DNA of 63,524 nucleotides, the filler included, from Nanobdellota archaeon (lineage in GTDB: Archaea; Nanobdellota; Nanobdellia; Woesearchaeales; CAZZGN01): the NCBI GenBank assembly GCA_051819665.1. It is 7 parts of 5 records of this genome, joined end to end, with 100 filler letters (N's around TTAATTAATTAA, not from the genome) between each part and the next. Parts side by side here need not be neighbours in the genome. Positions count along the whole stretch, not along the records: positions 40,144 to 60,562 come from JBNJDG010000014.1; 6 more parts are not named here. One strand, 5' to 3'. The position numbers and the translations under genes were made by a program. Below the pieces are notes generated by a model. The model was not told the origin of the DNA, searched no databases, and saw only the letters and a program-made list of their open reading frames with translations. Positions 46,003 through 55,436 of the stretch are shown here, in pieces. The number at the start of each line of letters is the position of its first letter. Position 1 is the stretch's first letter.

Positions 46003-46704
46003 ATGGAACTATATGAAAAGCCACAAAAACCAAGAGTCATCATAGGGTTTCCCGGATTCGGGCTGATAGGCACTATAACTACAGAGTTTCTGAGAGATCA
46101 TCTGGAGACAAAGAAGATCGGCAGTATCTTTTTTGATGGGCTTCCTGCCAATCTGGCAGTCCATAACGGAGAGATGCTTGACCCGATCGGAATCTATCAT
46201 AATGAAAAATACAACATCGTGCTCATCAATGGACTGGTTTCCTCTTCAGGCCTGGAGTGGAAGATCTCCGAAGAGATCAACAAGGTCCTCGAAGAGCTTG
46301 ACCCCTACGAGATAATCGATGTAGAGGGGATTGCCTCCCAGAAAAAGGATGAGGAATCCAAGGTATACTTCTTCACCAAGGATGAGGAGAAAGCGAAAAG
46401 GTTCTCTGATATTGGCCTCGAACAGATGAAAGAAGGCATAATCATCGGCATTACATCCTCACTTTTACTTAAGGTAAAGAGAGATGTATCCTGCTTCTTT
46501 GCCGAAACTCACAGCGAGCTTCCTGACAGCAAAGGGGCTGCGAAGATAATCCAGGCCATAGACAAGCATATGGAGCTTGAGGTCGACTATAAGCCCCTGC
46601 TGGAACAGGCAAAGATATTCGAGCAGAAACTTAAAGGCATCATGCAGAAAGGCTCCCAGGCAAAGAAAGAGGCCGACAAGAAAGCAATGAATTACGTGGG
46701 TTAA
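46003..46704 (+). CDS. PAC2-family proteasome assembly chaperone
   Basis: IIGFPGFGLIGTI and AETHSELPDSKGAA. Confidence 0.9.
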   Translation: MELYEKPQKPRVIIGFPGFGLIGTITTEFLRDHLETKKIGSIFFDGLPANLAVHNGEMLDPIGIYHNEKYNIVLINGLVSSSGLEWKISEEINKVLEELDPYEIIDVEGIASQKKDEESKVYFFTKDEEKAKRFSDIGLEQMKEGIIIGITSSLLLKVKRDVSCFFAETHSELPDSKGAAKIIQAIDKHMELEVDYKPLLEQAKIFEQKLKGIMQKGSQAKKEADKKAMNYVG

Positions 46705-46733
46705 CTCTCACTTTTTCTTATTCTATATATCCC

Positions 46734-47075
46734 TTATCCCTGCAGAATAAAGAATACCAGAGTGAGCAGGAACATCGCCGTCACTGAACCCAATTTAAGG
46801 AGAATTCTCGCATCATCCACAGAAGCGACCCAGAGCATAAGCACTCCTGAAACAATATAAGCCATATAATGGTATGCAGTGAGGCTATTGAAGATCAGAA
46901 GACCGTACAAAAATATCAGGAAAAGATAAGCCAGGACGAAGGACAAGGTAGGATTCCCCTTCACAAAATCAGTCAATTTCTCTTTTGCTGATTTATTGGC
47001 CTTGAATGTATAGTCATTCTTGGAAACGTCCATTCCAAGGGAATCGGTCTCACTTTCTTCCTCTTTTTTCGCCAA
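46734..47075 (-). CDS. Hypothetical membrane protein
   Basis: TTG start behind GAGGT; three TM segments. Confidence 0.65.
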   Translation of the reverse strand: MAKKEEESETDSLGMDVSKNDYTFKANKSAKEKLTDFVKGNPTLSFVLAYLFLIFLYGLLIFNSLTAYHYMAYIVSGVLMLWVASVDDARILLKLGSVTAMFLLTLVFFILQG

Positions 47076-47359
47076 GATACCTCACAAAGAACCCTTAGGT
47101 CCGGCTTTTTTTAAATATTTCTATAATCTGGCTTAATATTATCATTATCACAGAATAAACTCTCACTTTTGCTTAAAAATAAGAAGGCAGAACAATTATT
47201 TTCCATATTGTAAATAATTAAACAACAAATATTATTGTTTAACAGATATATCATCATATATCTTATATGGACAAATATTGTGAAACTAAATAACTAATAA
47301 AAAATAATCTTTATTATACATAAATATATAAATAGTAGATACCACTATTTAGTTACAAA

Positions 47360-47596
47360 ATGAGCTTCAAAAACAACGTGATGGAGAGCTTCTCCCGCAT
47401 CAGAAGGGACATGCAGGCTGTCAGGGAATCCTTCGGAAGGGTCAAAGAAGATATCCTCTCACTAAGAGAAAGAGTCGCTGAAATGGAAGAGAAACAAGAG
47501 CTAAAGAACAGAGAGATGGCTCTTGAGATAAGAGAACTCAAGCAAAAAGTGAGAGAATTGGAGCATGAGAAGCCCCAACAAGAGCAGATGATCTGA
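47360..47596 (+). CDS. Small coiled-coil protein
   Basis: 78-aa heptad-rich ORF inside an AT-rich non-coding region, with TATA-like elements upstream. Confidence 0.65.
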   Translation: MSFKNNVMESFSRIRRDMQAVRESFGRVKEDILSLRERVAEMEEKQELKNREMALEIRELKQKVRELEHEKPQQEQMI

Positions 47597-47644
47597 GACC
47601 CTGAAAAGGGCCTTTATAGCCTTATTTTCTTCTGAGAGAGATTT

Positions 47645-48912
47645 TGTCGGGATCTTATCTTAATGAACATGAGAACCCCCTGAAAAGCCCTACTTTGGCC
47701 TTCTTCTTACTCATCAACCCCCATTCCTGAGATAAGCTTTCTAAACCTTTTTTGTCGGGATTTTACATTAATTTTGGGGGTCTGTCGGCATTATTTCGTA
47801 TAGTCGGTATCTTATCATAATTTGGAGTTTCAGTCATAACACCCTTATTCGGAATGATTCCGAAAATAATGTCATCTATACAACTATTCCTTTATATTCC
47901 GCTTCAGATCTGCTTCTCAGAGGGATAAAGGGCCGCTGAATGAGGAAAATAACATACAAAGGCAAAAGATTAAATTTAGCTAAAAATTTATTAGCAGAAA
48001 AACGAATTTTTCAGCATAAGGGGATGAAGAACGGCCCTTTAGATGCACAGAGACATTAAAAGAGCAAAATTCTGTCGGGATTATCACTGGACACTGGACA
48101 ACATCACGCAGAATATTTAAAGGAAAAATCCCTAAAGGCTTATAGGTGATCAGAATGGAAAAGATAATCCTCACGAATGAAGAACCCGATATAAACGCAG
48201 ATTCCCTTGAACTCGCTTCTGTTATAGTGAACAGGCTAGGCCTCATGCCCAGGAAGAAGGGATCTACAGAAGACATGAACAAGGTCCTGATAGAGCTTTA
48301 TGAAAGATCCAAGCTTGCGGGAAAGAACAAGTCACCTACCGCATCAATAATGACAGTTGAAGAGATGGCCACATTTGCAGGTATTACCAGGCAGACGATG
48401 TATGACTATCTGAAAAGGTGGCTTCAGCTTGATCTTATCGTGAAAACTAGCTACATTGATAAGAGTGACAAGGTGGTTATAGGTTATAAGCTTAACGGAC
48501 CGACTCTTGAGAGTGCTTTCGAGAAAGCTAAAGCGAGGATCGAGAACAATCTTGAGATTACGAAAAAGTACATACTTGAGCTTCAGAAAGCTACAAAGAA
48601 CGAGAAATTGAGCAAAAAACAGAGATAAAAATTTTTATTATTGCTTAATTCTTTTTGGCGTATATGTTCCATGATGCCCTTCAGCAGGGCTTTTTAGGTT
48701 TTCTTAATGGTTTTAATGATTCCGATAAGATTCGATTATTTTATTTACAGATAAAAAGTTAAAATGATTCGACATAATCACTAACAGGCAAAATAGAAAA
48801 ATATAATAAATAATTATGAAATAATAGATTCGTTATTATCTCTACCAAAATTACTCCAAAAGTGAGAGGATAACCAGCATATTTCCACTAAAAAGACGAC
48901 ATTTGTCGGGAT
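47645..48912. repeat. Clustered TGTCGGGAT motif in long intergenic DNA
   Basis: Exact copies at 47645, 47753, 48073 and 48904. Variants at 47783, 47802, 47847/47857 (inverted pair), 48719 and 49309 (reverse). Confidence 0.7.
48155..48628 (+). CDS. HTH DNA-binding protein with a C-terminal coiled coil
   Basis: MTVEEMATFAGITRQTMYDYLKRWLQLDLIVK winged-helix pattern; RBS AGGTGA. Confidence 0.8.
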   Translation: MEKIILTNEEPDINADSLELASVIVNRLGLMPRKKGSTEDMNKVLIELYERSKLAGKNKSPTASIMTVEEMATFAGITRQTMYDYLKRWLQLDLIVKTSYIDKSDKVVIGYKLNGPTLESAFEKAKARIENNLEITKKYILELQKATKNEKLSKKQR

Positions 48913-49323
48913 TTAGAGTTAATAAGGAACAGCATTGGTTTTCTTTAAAAATAAAAGTGAGAGTTTTGACGGAAATCCAGCTGAAGAATGAAAAAAATTC
49001 AGAAAAAGCCAGGGTTTGGAAAAAAATGAGACCTTCATCAAAAATCGGCTTTTCGATAAAAAATCCGGCTTTAAAGATTGAAAAAATAAGAAAGCTCACA
49101 AAAACCCGGATTTCTAAACCAGAACAAGGGCTTAAGAGACATAAAATCAGGGAGATAAAGGAGAATGAACTTTAATTTTTAATAACCTCCCACCAAAAGT
49201 GAGACTTCAGAGCAAAGAAGACAATATTGGATGAATAGGCACTATAGAAACAAACCTCCGCAAAAGACCAAAAAACCCATACACAGGAATTTAAGAGTTA
49301 ATCAACCAAGCCCGACATACTCA

Positions 49324-49554
49324 TCAATACTTGAATCTCTTCTCATAATCTTTATGAGGCAACCATTCAAGTATAACTGCAACCACCAATACATCATCCT
49401 TCTCTAAGGTAAATATCAATCTCAATACCCCGGGAAGATCATAATTCCAGAGATTGTTTATACCATATTTTTTGTAATGTTTTGGCCACAATCTCTTTGG
49501 TATCTTTATTGAACAGGATATATCACCTGTATTTATTGGAAACTGTTTTCTCAT
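49324..49554 (-). pseudogene. 5'-degraded RelE-like toxin remnant
   Basis: IPKRLWPKHY.KYGINNLWNYDLPG.LRLIFTL...ILEWLPHKDYEKRFKY resembles archaeal RelE-like proteins but lacks a normal N-terminus. Confidence 0.5.
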
Positions 49555-49714
49555 TTGATTATTATTCCTTAAGTATCACATTAGTTCATTAGATAGAATG
49601 CCCTTCAGATTACTTCTCTAACTAATTTTTGCTGCAAAAGCCCGATATTATACGCAATAATTCCTGAGCCCTTAAAGAAAGATTTATTAATTGATAATTT
49701 ACAAACTACTTAAC

Positions 49715-50473
49715 ATGGTTGATTTAAAAGATAAAAGAAGAAATCATTATGATCGTTTAGTTGGCGCTTCAAGGGATTTTAATAAACAAATTGAATGGTT
49801 TGATGGTTTATTTAAGAGATATAATGTGAAATCTGTTCTTGATTGTGGTTGTGGCACTGGAACTCACGCAGTCTTATTGGCTAAAAAGGGCTATAATGTT
49901 ACTGCTTTTGATTCTAGTGAAGAACAAATAAAACTTGCAAGAAAAAAAGCAAAAGAAAATAATGTAAGAATCAGATTTTATGTTGGAGATATCCGGAATT
50001 TTAATTTTGGAAAATTTGATGCATCGATAAGTTTATATGCCCCTATAATGTTTGGTTGTAAAAATATAAAAGATTTAACAAAATCAATAAAAGCAATCAA
50101 GAACTCCTTGAATCCAAAAGGAATCGCATTTATTGAAACACTTACTTCTAAAATGTTAGAGTCATCAGGTCTTGAAATTAATGAGTATGCTGAGGATAAA
50201 TTTAAGATAGCAAGATTGACATTTTATAATTTTAATAAACCAAAAAAATCTGCCAGAGTTAAATATGTCTATGTTTCTCATAAGAATAATAAAACCTCTT
50301 ATGAGGAAGCAGAAGCAAATCATTATTACTACGATAAAAAGGATTTTGAAGCCGCTTTCCAAAAAACCGGAGCTAAACCAATAAGATGGTATTCTGGATT
50401 TAATAATAAAAAAGGAGGGTATGAATTATTTAAAGAAGATAGTTCAGGAATGATTTCTCCTTTATTCAGATAA
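49715..50473 (+). CDS. Class I SAM-dependent methyltransferase
   Basis: VLDCGCGTG, AFDSSEEQI and GDIR; AT-rich. Confidence 0.9.
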   Translation: MVDLKDKRRNHYDRLVGASRDFNKQIEWFDGLFKRYNVKSVLDCGCGTGTHAVLLAKKGYNVTAFDSSEEQIKLARKKAKENNVRIRFYVGDIRNFNFGKFDASISLYAPIMFGCKNIKDLTKSIKAIKNSLNPKGIAFIETLTSKMLESSGLEINEYAEDKFKIARLTFYNFNKPKKSARVKYVYVSHKNNKTSYEEAEANHYYYDKKDFEAAFQKTGAKPIRWYSGFNNKKGGYELFKEDSSGMISPLFR

Positions 50474-50572
50474 ACTGGTTAAGGATTTACTGTCACCCAA
50501 GTGATTTTTTCTTACACAAAGGACACATAACCACAATCATGCCCAATACCATATGGAATGATAACAAGACAA

Positions 50573-50992
50573 CTAACCCTCTATAGTCCCGCCCCATGGA
50601 TATGGAAGCAATTCTTCCAATCTTACTTTCTTTGTTCCTGAAAGAATCACTTCTGTATCAAGACTCTTCTTCGAAGTCTGCTTAATCATCTCCCTGCATT
50701 TTCCACACGGCGGAATCACTTCATATTTCTTTGTTTTCTCATCATACCAAACCGCAACTATTGCCTTTATCTCTTTTTCACCATTAGAAATCATCGAGCC
50801 AATCGCTTGATATTCTCCACATGAACCTATGCCAGAGTAAAATCCCAGGCTAACACCCGTAAAAATATTGCCTTTAGAAGTCACCAACGCAGAGCCGACA
50901 TCGCTGGTATCGATCAGATTTACAGGCCTTGATTTAATAATTGTTTTTTTAGCCTCTTCAATCAAACCCATATCATCTTTTGACAATTTCAT
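50573..50992 (-). CDS. Cytidine-deaminase-family protein (blasticidin-S deaminase-like)
   Basis: VGSAL, CGEYQAIG and PPCGKCRE. Confidence 0.88.
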   Translation of the reverse strand: MKLSKDDMGLIEEAKKTIIKSRPVNLIDTSDVGSALVTSKGNIFTGVSLGFYSGIGSCGEYQAIGSMISNGEKEIKAIVAVWYDEKTKKYEVIPPCGKCREMIKQTSKKSLDTEVILSGTKKVRLEELLPYPWGGTIEG

Positions 50993-51145
50993 CCTATCTC
51001 TAAATAATCAAACAGATTTATATAAATATAACGAAAAGTCAAACCTTGCCAGGAAAATAAAACATCGATTAAAGGATTGTAATTATGATTCATTCTGCAT
51101 AAAATTTATAAACCTTTTTTTTGGTGTTCAGAGGAGGTGATACAA

Positions 51146-51355
51146 ATGCGGAATATAAATAAATTAGGCATTTTGGGTTCACTGTTGGTTTTGGTTTTAC
51201 TAATGGGTTGTCAGGGAGATACTGATGGTGTTCAGACTGCTCCGGTTGACCAACAGCAAGACGAGCCTGTACAAGATGAACCGATGGATGAACAGACAGG
51301 ACCTCAACAACAGGAACCGACAGACGAGCCTGTACAAGATGAACCGATGGGATGA
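51146..51355 (+). CDS. Small acidic lipoprotein with an internal repeat
   Basis: Signal peptide ending LLMG-C. A 29-bp direct repeat at 51259-51287 and 51322-51350 encodes DEPVQDEPM. Confidence 0.7.
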   Translation: MRNINKLGILGSLLVLVLLMGCQGDTDGVQTAPVDQQQDEPVQDEPMDEQTGPQQQEPTDEPVQDEPMG

Positions 51356-51483
51356 TCTCAGGTTCTGATTAATGAAAATACCCTAAGCAGGATTTTCTTT
51401 AATTTTTTTATAATTTCGAGAGTTATCATATGAGTTATTATAGAACAAAAAGATTTTAAAAGCAGAGGTAAATCATAACAATC

Positions 51484-52140
51484 ATGCTATTCCCTTCACC
51501 ACAATGGTTTTATACATACGATGTTGTATTGGAAATATTATTTGCAGTTATAACTGCAATGGTATCAATTTTTGCAATCAAGATATATAGAAAATACTCT
51601 CAAAAGTATATCCTGTATTTTAGCATGGGTTTTGCCTTTATCTCATTCTCTTATATACTCCAGTCAATAATTAATTTCTTAATTATCTCACGGCTTGGCG
51701 AAAGAGAAAATCTGATCTCAAAGATAATAGCTGTCCAGAGTCTTAATGATTATTGCCTATTAGCACATATCTTATTTTTTACCCTCGGACTGATTTTCTT
51801 ATTGTTCATAACATTTAAGGAAAGTAGTAACAGGCTTCTCTGGCTTTTGGTTCTAAGTTCTCTGCCGATTATTTTCTTGAGCACCAATACCTTATATATG
51901 TTTTATCTGCTTGCAAGCATCTACTTGTTTTTTACAGCCTGGCATCATCTCCGGTATTACATACGACATAGAAAAACCAAACAACTTTTAGTGGCGCTGG
52001 CTTTTATTTTCCTCTTTTTTGGACAGTTTCATTTCCTCATATCTGTAAACCACGAACCATTCTATATCATAGGTCATGTCCTTGAATTGATTGCATACAT
52101 ATTTGTTATGTGGAACTTTATCCTGGTGCAGAAAAAATGA
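51484..52140 (+). CDS. Seven-TM membrane protein (putative sensor)
   Basis: Seven hydrophobic segments; translationally coupled to the downstream wHTH gene. Confidence 0.7.
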   Translation: MLFPSPQWFYTYDVVLEILFAVITAMVSIFAIKIYRKYSQKYILYFSMGFAFISFSYILQSIINFLIISRLGERENLISKIIAVQSLNDYCLLAHILFFTLGLIFLLFITFKESSNRLLWLLVLSSLPIIFLSTNTLYMFYLLASIYLFFTAWHHLRYYIRHRKTKQLLVALAFIFLFFGQFHFLISVNHEPFYIIGHVLELIAYIFVMWNFILVQKK

Positions 52141-52409
52141 AGAAAAGAGAAAAGATTGAAATAATATATGATATCCTGAAAGTCATACAGGATAAAGGAG
52201 GCAAAGCAATGCCCACCCATATATTATATAAATCCAACCTTTCCTCACAGATGTTAAAACACTATCTCTCAGAATTGATTGATAAAAAATTTATCGAAGA
52301 GATTAAAGATAAGAAGAAATACTATTCACTAAAAGAAAAAGGACATAATTACATCAAAGATTATGATTTAATAAAAGAATTCATGGATTCATATGACCTT
52401 AACGAATGA
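52137..52409 (+). CDS. Winged-helix transcriptional regulator (ArnR1 / HTH_45-like)
   Basis: KREKIEIIYDILK...PTHILYKSNLS...YLSEL...YSLKEKG. Confidence 0.88.
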   Translation: MKKREKIEIIYDILKVIQDKGGKAMPTHILYKSNLSSQMLKHYLSELIDKKFIEEIKDKKKYYSLKEKGHNYIKDYDLIKEFMDSYDLNE

Positions 52410-52524
52410 AAACCCATCTGATAAACAATCTTACATATATCATCTATCTTTCCCACCTTTAAAAATCACAAATTAACTGGGCCTTCCAGAAGAACCTTTA
52501 TATTGCCATTATCTACTTCATACC

Positions 52525-52746
52525 ATGCACGCAGTACTAGCTTTTGGAGACAGCATCACCTTCGGCAGAGGAGTAGTCCCAAGCAGAGGCTGGACCAATA
52601 GTTTGAAAGAATATTTTGAGTCTAAAGATTTCTACAATGTCCTCTATAATTTAGGAATACCAGGCGATTCATCAACAGACCTTCTGAAAAGATTTGAGAC
52701 TGAAGCGAAAGCAAGGATACAGTATTATTTTCCTGATAAAAAATAA
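52525..52746 (+). pseudogene. Truncated SGNH/GDSL hydrolase
   Basis: FGDSITFG and YNLGIPGDSS are present; the ORF stops after 73 aa, before the GxND and DxxH blocks. Confidence 0.75.
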
Positions 52747-52838
52747 GATAATCGAATAAAAACTCATTCTCTTCCCAAACCCATCGGAAAAAACCAAAAG
52801 ATTAATAAATACTAAAAAATATGTATCTTAGGATATAT

Positions 52839-53411
52839 ATGGAAAAAAGGAACCCTGATGCTCCCCGGCTTACGGAAAACGACAGAACCGTTCTCAAGAA
52901 GATACTGAGTGTTAAGAAGATTCCGGATAGTGACATCGCTAAGAGCATGAACCTTTCTCCGCAGGCAGTATTCAAGATAAGGGAGAAGTTAGAGAACAGC
53001 GGCATAGTCAAAGGCTACATGCCCATTATAGATTTCAAGAAGATAGGCATAAATATAATGGTGCTCCTTATTGTCCGGCTTTCTTCCAAGATGTGGCAAT
53101 CTTTCTCTGACGAACAGATCTCGGAGAGGATATCCAAGGCACCTTATGTGATCGATGCTTACAGAGTCACTGATGAGAGTGCTTCACATATACTTCTGCT
53201 GGCATTCAGAGACACCGCTCAGAAGGAAAATTATCTCTCAGATATCCAGACCAGATATGCGGAAGAAGTCAAGATCAGAGGCGTATACACCTTTTCCGTT
53301 GACAAGATAATCTCACACAGCCCTCTCGGACTCCTGCATGAGATGATCGACAAGAAAGAGTTTTCACCGAAAGACCTGTTCCTGAATAATTCTGAGAAGA
53401 AGACCGATTAA
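52839..53411 (+). CDS. Lrp/AsnC-family transcriptional regulator
   Basis: SDIAKSMNLSPQAVFKIREKLENSGIVKGYMPIIDFKKIG. Confidence 0.9.
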   Translation: MEKRNPDAPRLTENDRTVLKKILSVKKIPDSDIAKSMNLSPQAVFKIREKLENSGIVKGYMPIIDFKKIGINIMVLLIVRLSSKMWQSFSDEQISERISKAPYVIDAYRVTDESASHILLLAFRDTAQKENYLSDIQTRYAEEVKIRGVYTFSVDKIISHSPLGLLHEMIDKKEFSPKDLFLNNSEKKTD

Positions 53412-53496
53412 AATTTTAACCATATTCCGTAAGATCCTTTAATATCTCTACCAAATATATTAGAACTTCTATTGCTTCATCTATTATCTGGTAAAA

Positions 53497-53676
53497 ATGG
53501 TAATAACCGATGATATACTGGAGAACAAGATGGACCCTATTATATGCAGGCATTGCCATAAAAGAATAACACAACCTGCGATAAGGGGCCTTACACTCAT
53601 ATGTCCTCACTGTAAGAAATCAGTGAACGGCCAATATTATCACAAGTTCAAAAAAAATAACCATGGAGGTGGTTAA
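53497..53676 (+). CDS. Small zinc-ribbon protein (59 aa, not in the ORF track)
   Basis: MVITDDILENKMDPIICRHCHKRI...LICPHCKKSV...GGG*; ends 1 nt before the next ATG. Confidence 0.6.
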   Translation: MVITDDILENKMDPIICRHCHKRITQPAIRGLTLICPHCKKSVNGQYYHKFKKNNHGGG

Positions 53677-53677
53677 G

Positions 53678-54538
53678 ATGGCAAAAGGATATGAATACCA
53701 TAAGAGAAACGACTACCCCGGAGAGAGGGTAGATGAGAAGAAAAGAGTGGCTAAAAGAGAGGAAAAGGCAGAAAATAAAGCCGATGAAAGGGTTGCAGAA
53801 AAAGGCAAAGCTGACCAAATGAATGCAAATGCCCGTGTTGCCAGAAAGGGAAGGAGAGACCAGAAACTGATGGATTCTGAAAAAAAGAGTAACGCTGCTG
53901 AAGCAGCCAGGGTCAGAAAGAAGAGAGACTCCGGAGATATGATTGCAATGGCAGTGATAGCCGGATTAGCTGTGATACTGGTGATTGGAGCAATCTGGGG
54001 TATCACGGCCATGCAGAGACAGTCTAATGAAATAGATTATCTGAATTCAGCACTGTCTGAATCCGGCAACAGCCCTGATAGCAACCAGTTGAGCCCGAGG
54101 GAGGTCTGCGAAAATACAAACACTGAAAAAATACTCTATATGTCGCCAATGACTTCAGTATCCCCGGCGAATAATAAAGAGAATGTTTCTGTAGACACAA
54201 GCATTACAGCGACTTTCAGTCAGGACATGGATCCTTCTACAATAAATGAGGATACATTCATTGTAGAGCAGAGGACTACGCCAAATCAGGGATCTGATGC
54301 TGATCAGTACAGGTCAACGCAGATCGAAGGTACAGTAACCTACAACGACCGCAAAGCGATATTTACGCCAGAAGAAAGTCTTTATCCGAACCACAAATAC
54401 GGCAATGTATTCACTGCAACCATAACAGACGAGGTTGAGGATACTAAAGGTAATTCACTGCAGAAGGATTATATCTGGAGCTTTACCACAGGCCACAATG
54501 TATTTGTGACAGGAAACACGACTTCACACACTGGTTAA
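53678..54538 (+). CDS. Membrane protein: charged N-terminus, TM helix and Big_5-like Ig domain
   Basis: SVSPANNKENVSVDTSITATFSQDMDPSTIN...YIWSFTTG. Confidence 0.8.
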   Translation: MAKGYEYHKRNDYPGERVDEKKRVAKREEKAENKADERVAEKGKADQMNANARVARKGRRDQKLMDSEKKSNAAEAARVRKKRDSGDMIAMAVIAGLAVILVIGAIWGITAMQRQSNEIDYLNSALSESGNSPDSNQLSPREVCENTNTEKILYMSPMTSVSPANNKENVSVDTSITATFSQDMDPSTINEDTFIVEQRTTPNQGSDADQYRSTQIEGTVTYNDRKAIFTPEESLYPNHKYGNVFTATITDEVEDTKGNSLQKDYIWSFTTGHNVFVTGNTTSHTG

Positions 54539-54590
54539 ATTTTTTTTATTTTTTTGATAAATAAAAACACGTAAAGAGGGGGTGTAATAA

Positions 54591-54914
54591 ATGTTCGAAG
54601 CAATAATTGTTTTTTTGATTAGTCTGATAATCTCAGCAATAATCATACACTTGTCAGCAAGAGTACTAGGAGAGGAAGAAGGATTCACTACAGCAATATC
54701 AGCAGCCCTTGTAGGTGCAGCAATATTCGGCCTTACATCATTTTTCATAGGTGCAGGCTGGGTCGCCTCGTTGATTGGAGGAATTGCCTGGCTCATAGCT
54801 CTTGGTAGCTTATACAACATAGGCTGGTTGAAATCTTTAGGTATTGCAGTAGTGATATGGATTTTTTCAGCCCTTGTAAGTCAGGTTCTGCCTACAATAA
54901 GAGGACCGTTCTAA
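54591..54914 (+). CDS. Hypothetical four-TM membrane protein
   Basis: Hydrophobic 107-aa ORF with an RBS; YNIGWLKS motif. Confidence 0.75.
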   Translation: MFEAIIVFLISLIISAIIIHLSARVLGEEEGFTTAISAALVGAAIFGLTSFFIGAGWVASLIGGIAWLIALGSLYNIGWLKSLGIAVVIWIFSALVSQVLPTIRGPF

Positions 54915-54929
54915 GAGGGAGGTGCAATT

Positions 54930-55031
54930 ATGAAAAATAAGAAAGAAAAACCGGATTTATTGGATAATGTGACAAAGGATGAGGAGATAAAGAAGAATGA
55001 AGAGTTCTTGAAAGACTCACTCATCGAATAA
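54930..55031 (+). CDS. Putative 33-aa small protein
   Basis: Strong RBS GGAGGTG, then MKNKKEKPDLLDNVTKDEEIKKNEEFLKDSLIE*. Confidence 0.45.
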   Translation: MKNKKEKPDLLDNVTKDEEIKKNEEFLKDSLIE

Positions 55032-55070
55032 ATCCTTTTTTTACAAACAAAAAACTGAGCAGGTGGTATT

Positions 55071-55391
55071 ATGAAAATAGGGATCATCATCAGTCAATCT
55101 GATCCGGAAACAGTGTGGTATGCTTTTCGCTTCGGGAATTATTCGCTGGATAGGGGACACGGTGTTAAAGTGTTCCTGATAGGGAAAGGTGTTGGATATG
55201 AAGACATAAATGACAAAGGGTTTAATGTTAAAGAACAAGTCGAGAAATTCCTTGATAAAAACGGAGAAAATTTTGCTTGTGAAACCAGTCTTGAATCAAG
55301 CAAGAAAGAAAGTTCTCCGGAACATCCTTTATCCACAATGAAGGACCTGATGAACATCGTTGAAGAATCAGACAGGGTATTATCTTTTTGA
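55071..55391 (+). CDS. DsrE-family protein
   Basis: MKIGIIISQSDPETVWYAFRFG, VKVFLIGKGV, FAC and IVEESDRVLSF. Confidence 0.88.
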   Translation: MKIGIIISQSDPETVWYAFRFGNYSLDRGHGVKVFLIGKGVGYEDINDKGFNVKEQVEKFLDKNGENFACETSLESSKKESSPEHPLSTMKDLMNIVEESDRVLSF

Positions 55392-55436
55392 TCCATGAAG
55401 GACTATCAGCACTCATTAAACTAAGACCCGACACAT

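Noticed and set aside
48851..49175. Overlapping ORFs 48851-49099 (minus) and 48903-49175 (plus)
   Set aside because: Low-complexity A-rich sequence with weak starts, no motifs and an embedded TGTCGGGAT box; more likely non-coding.
51259..51350. 29-bp direct repeat with 34-nt spacing resembling a CRISPR unit
   Set aside because: Only two copies, in frame within a lipoprotein ORF and encoding a repeated DEPVQDEPM peptide.
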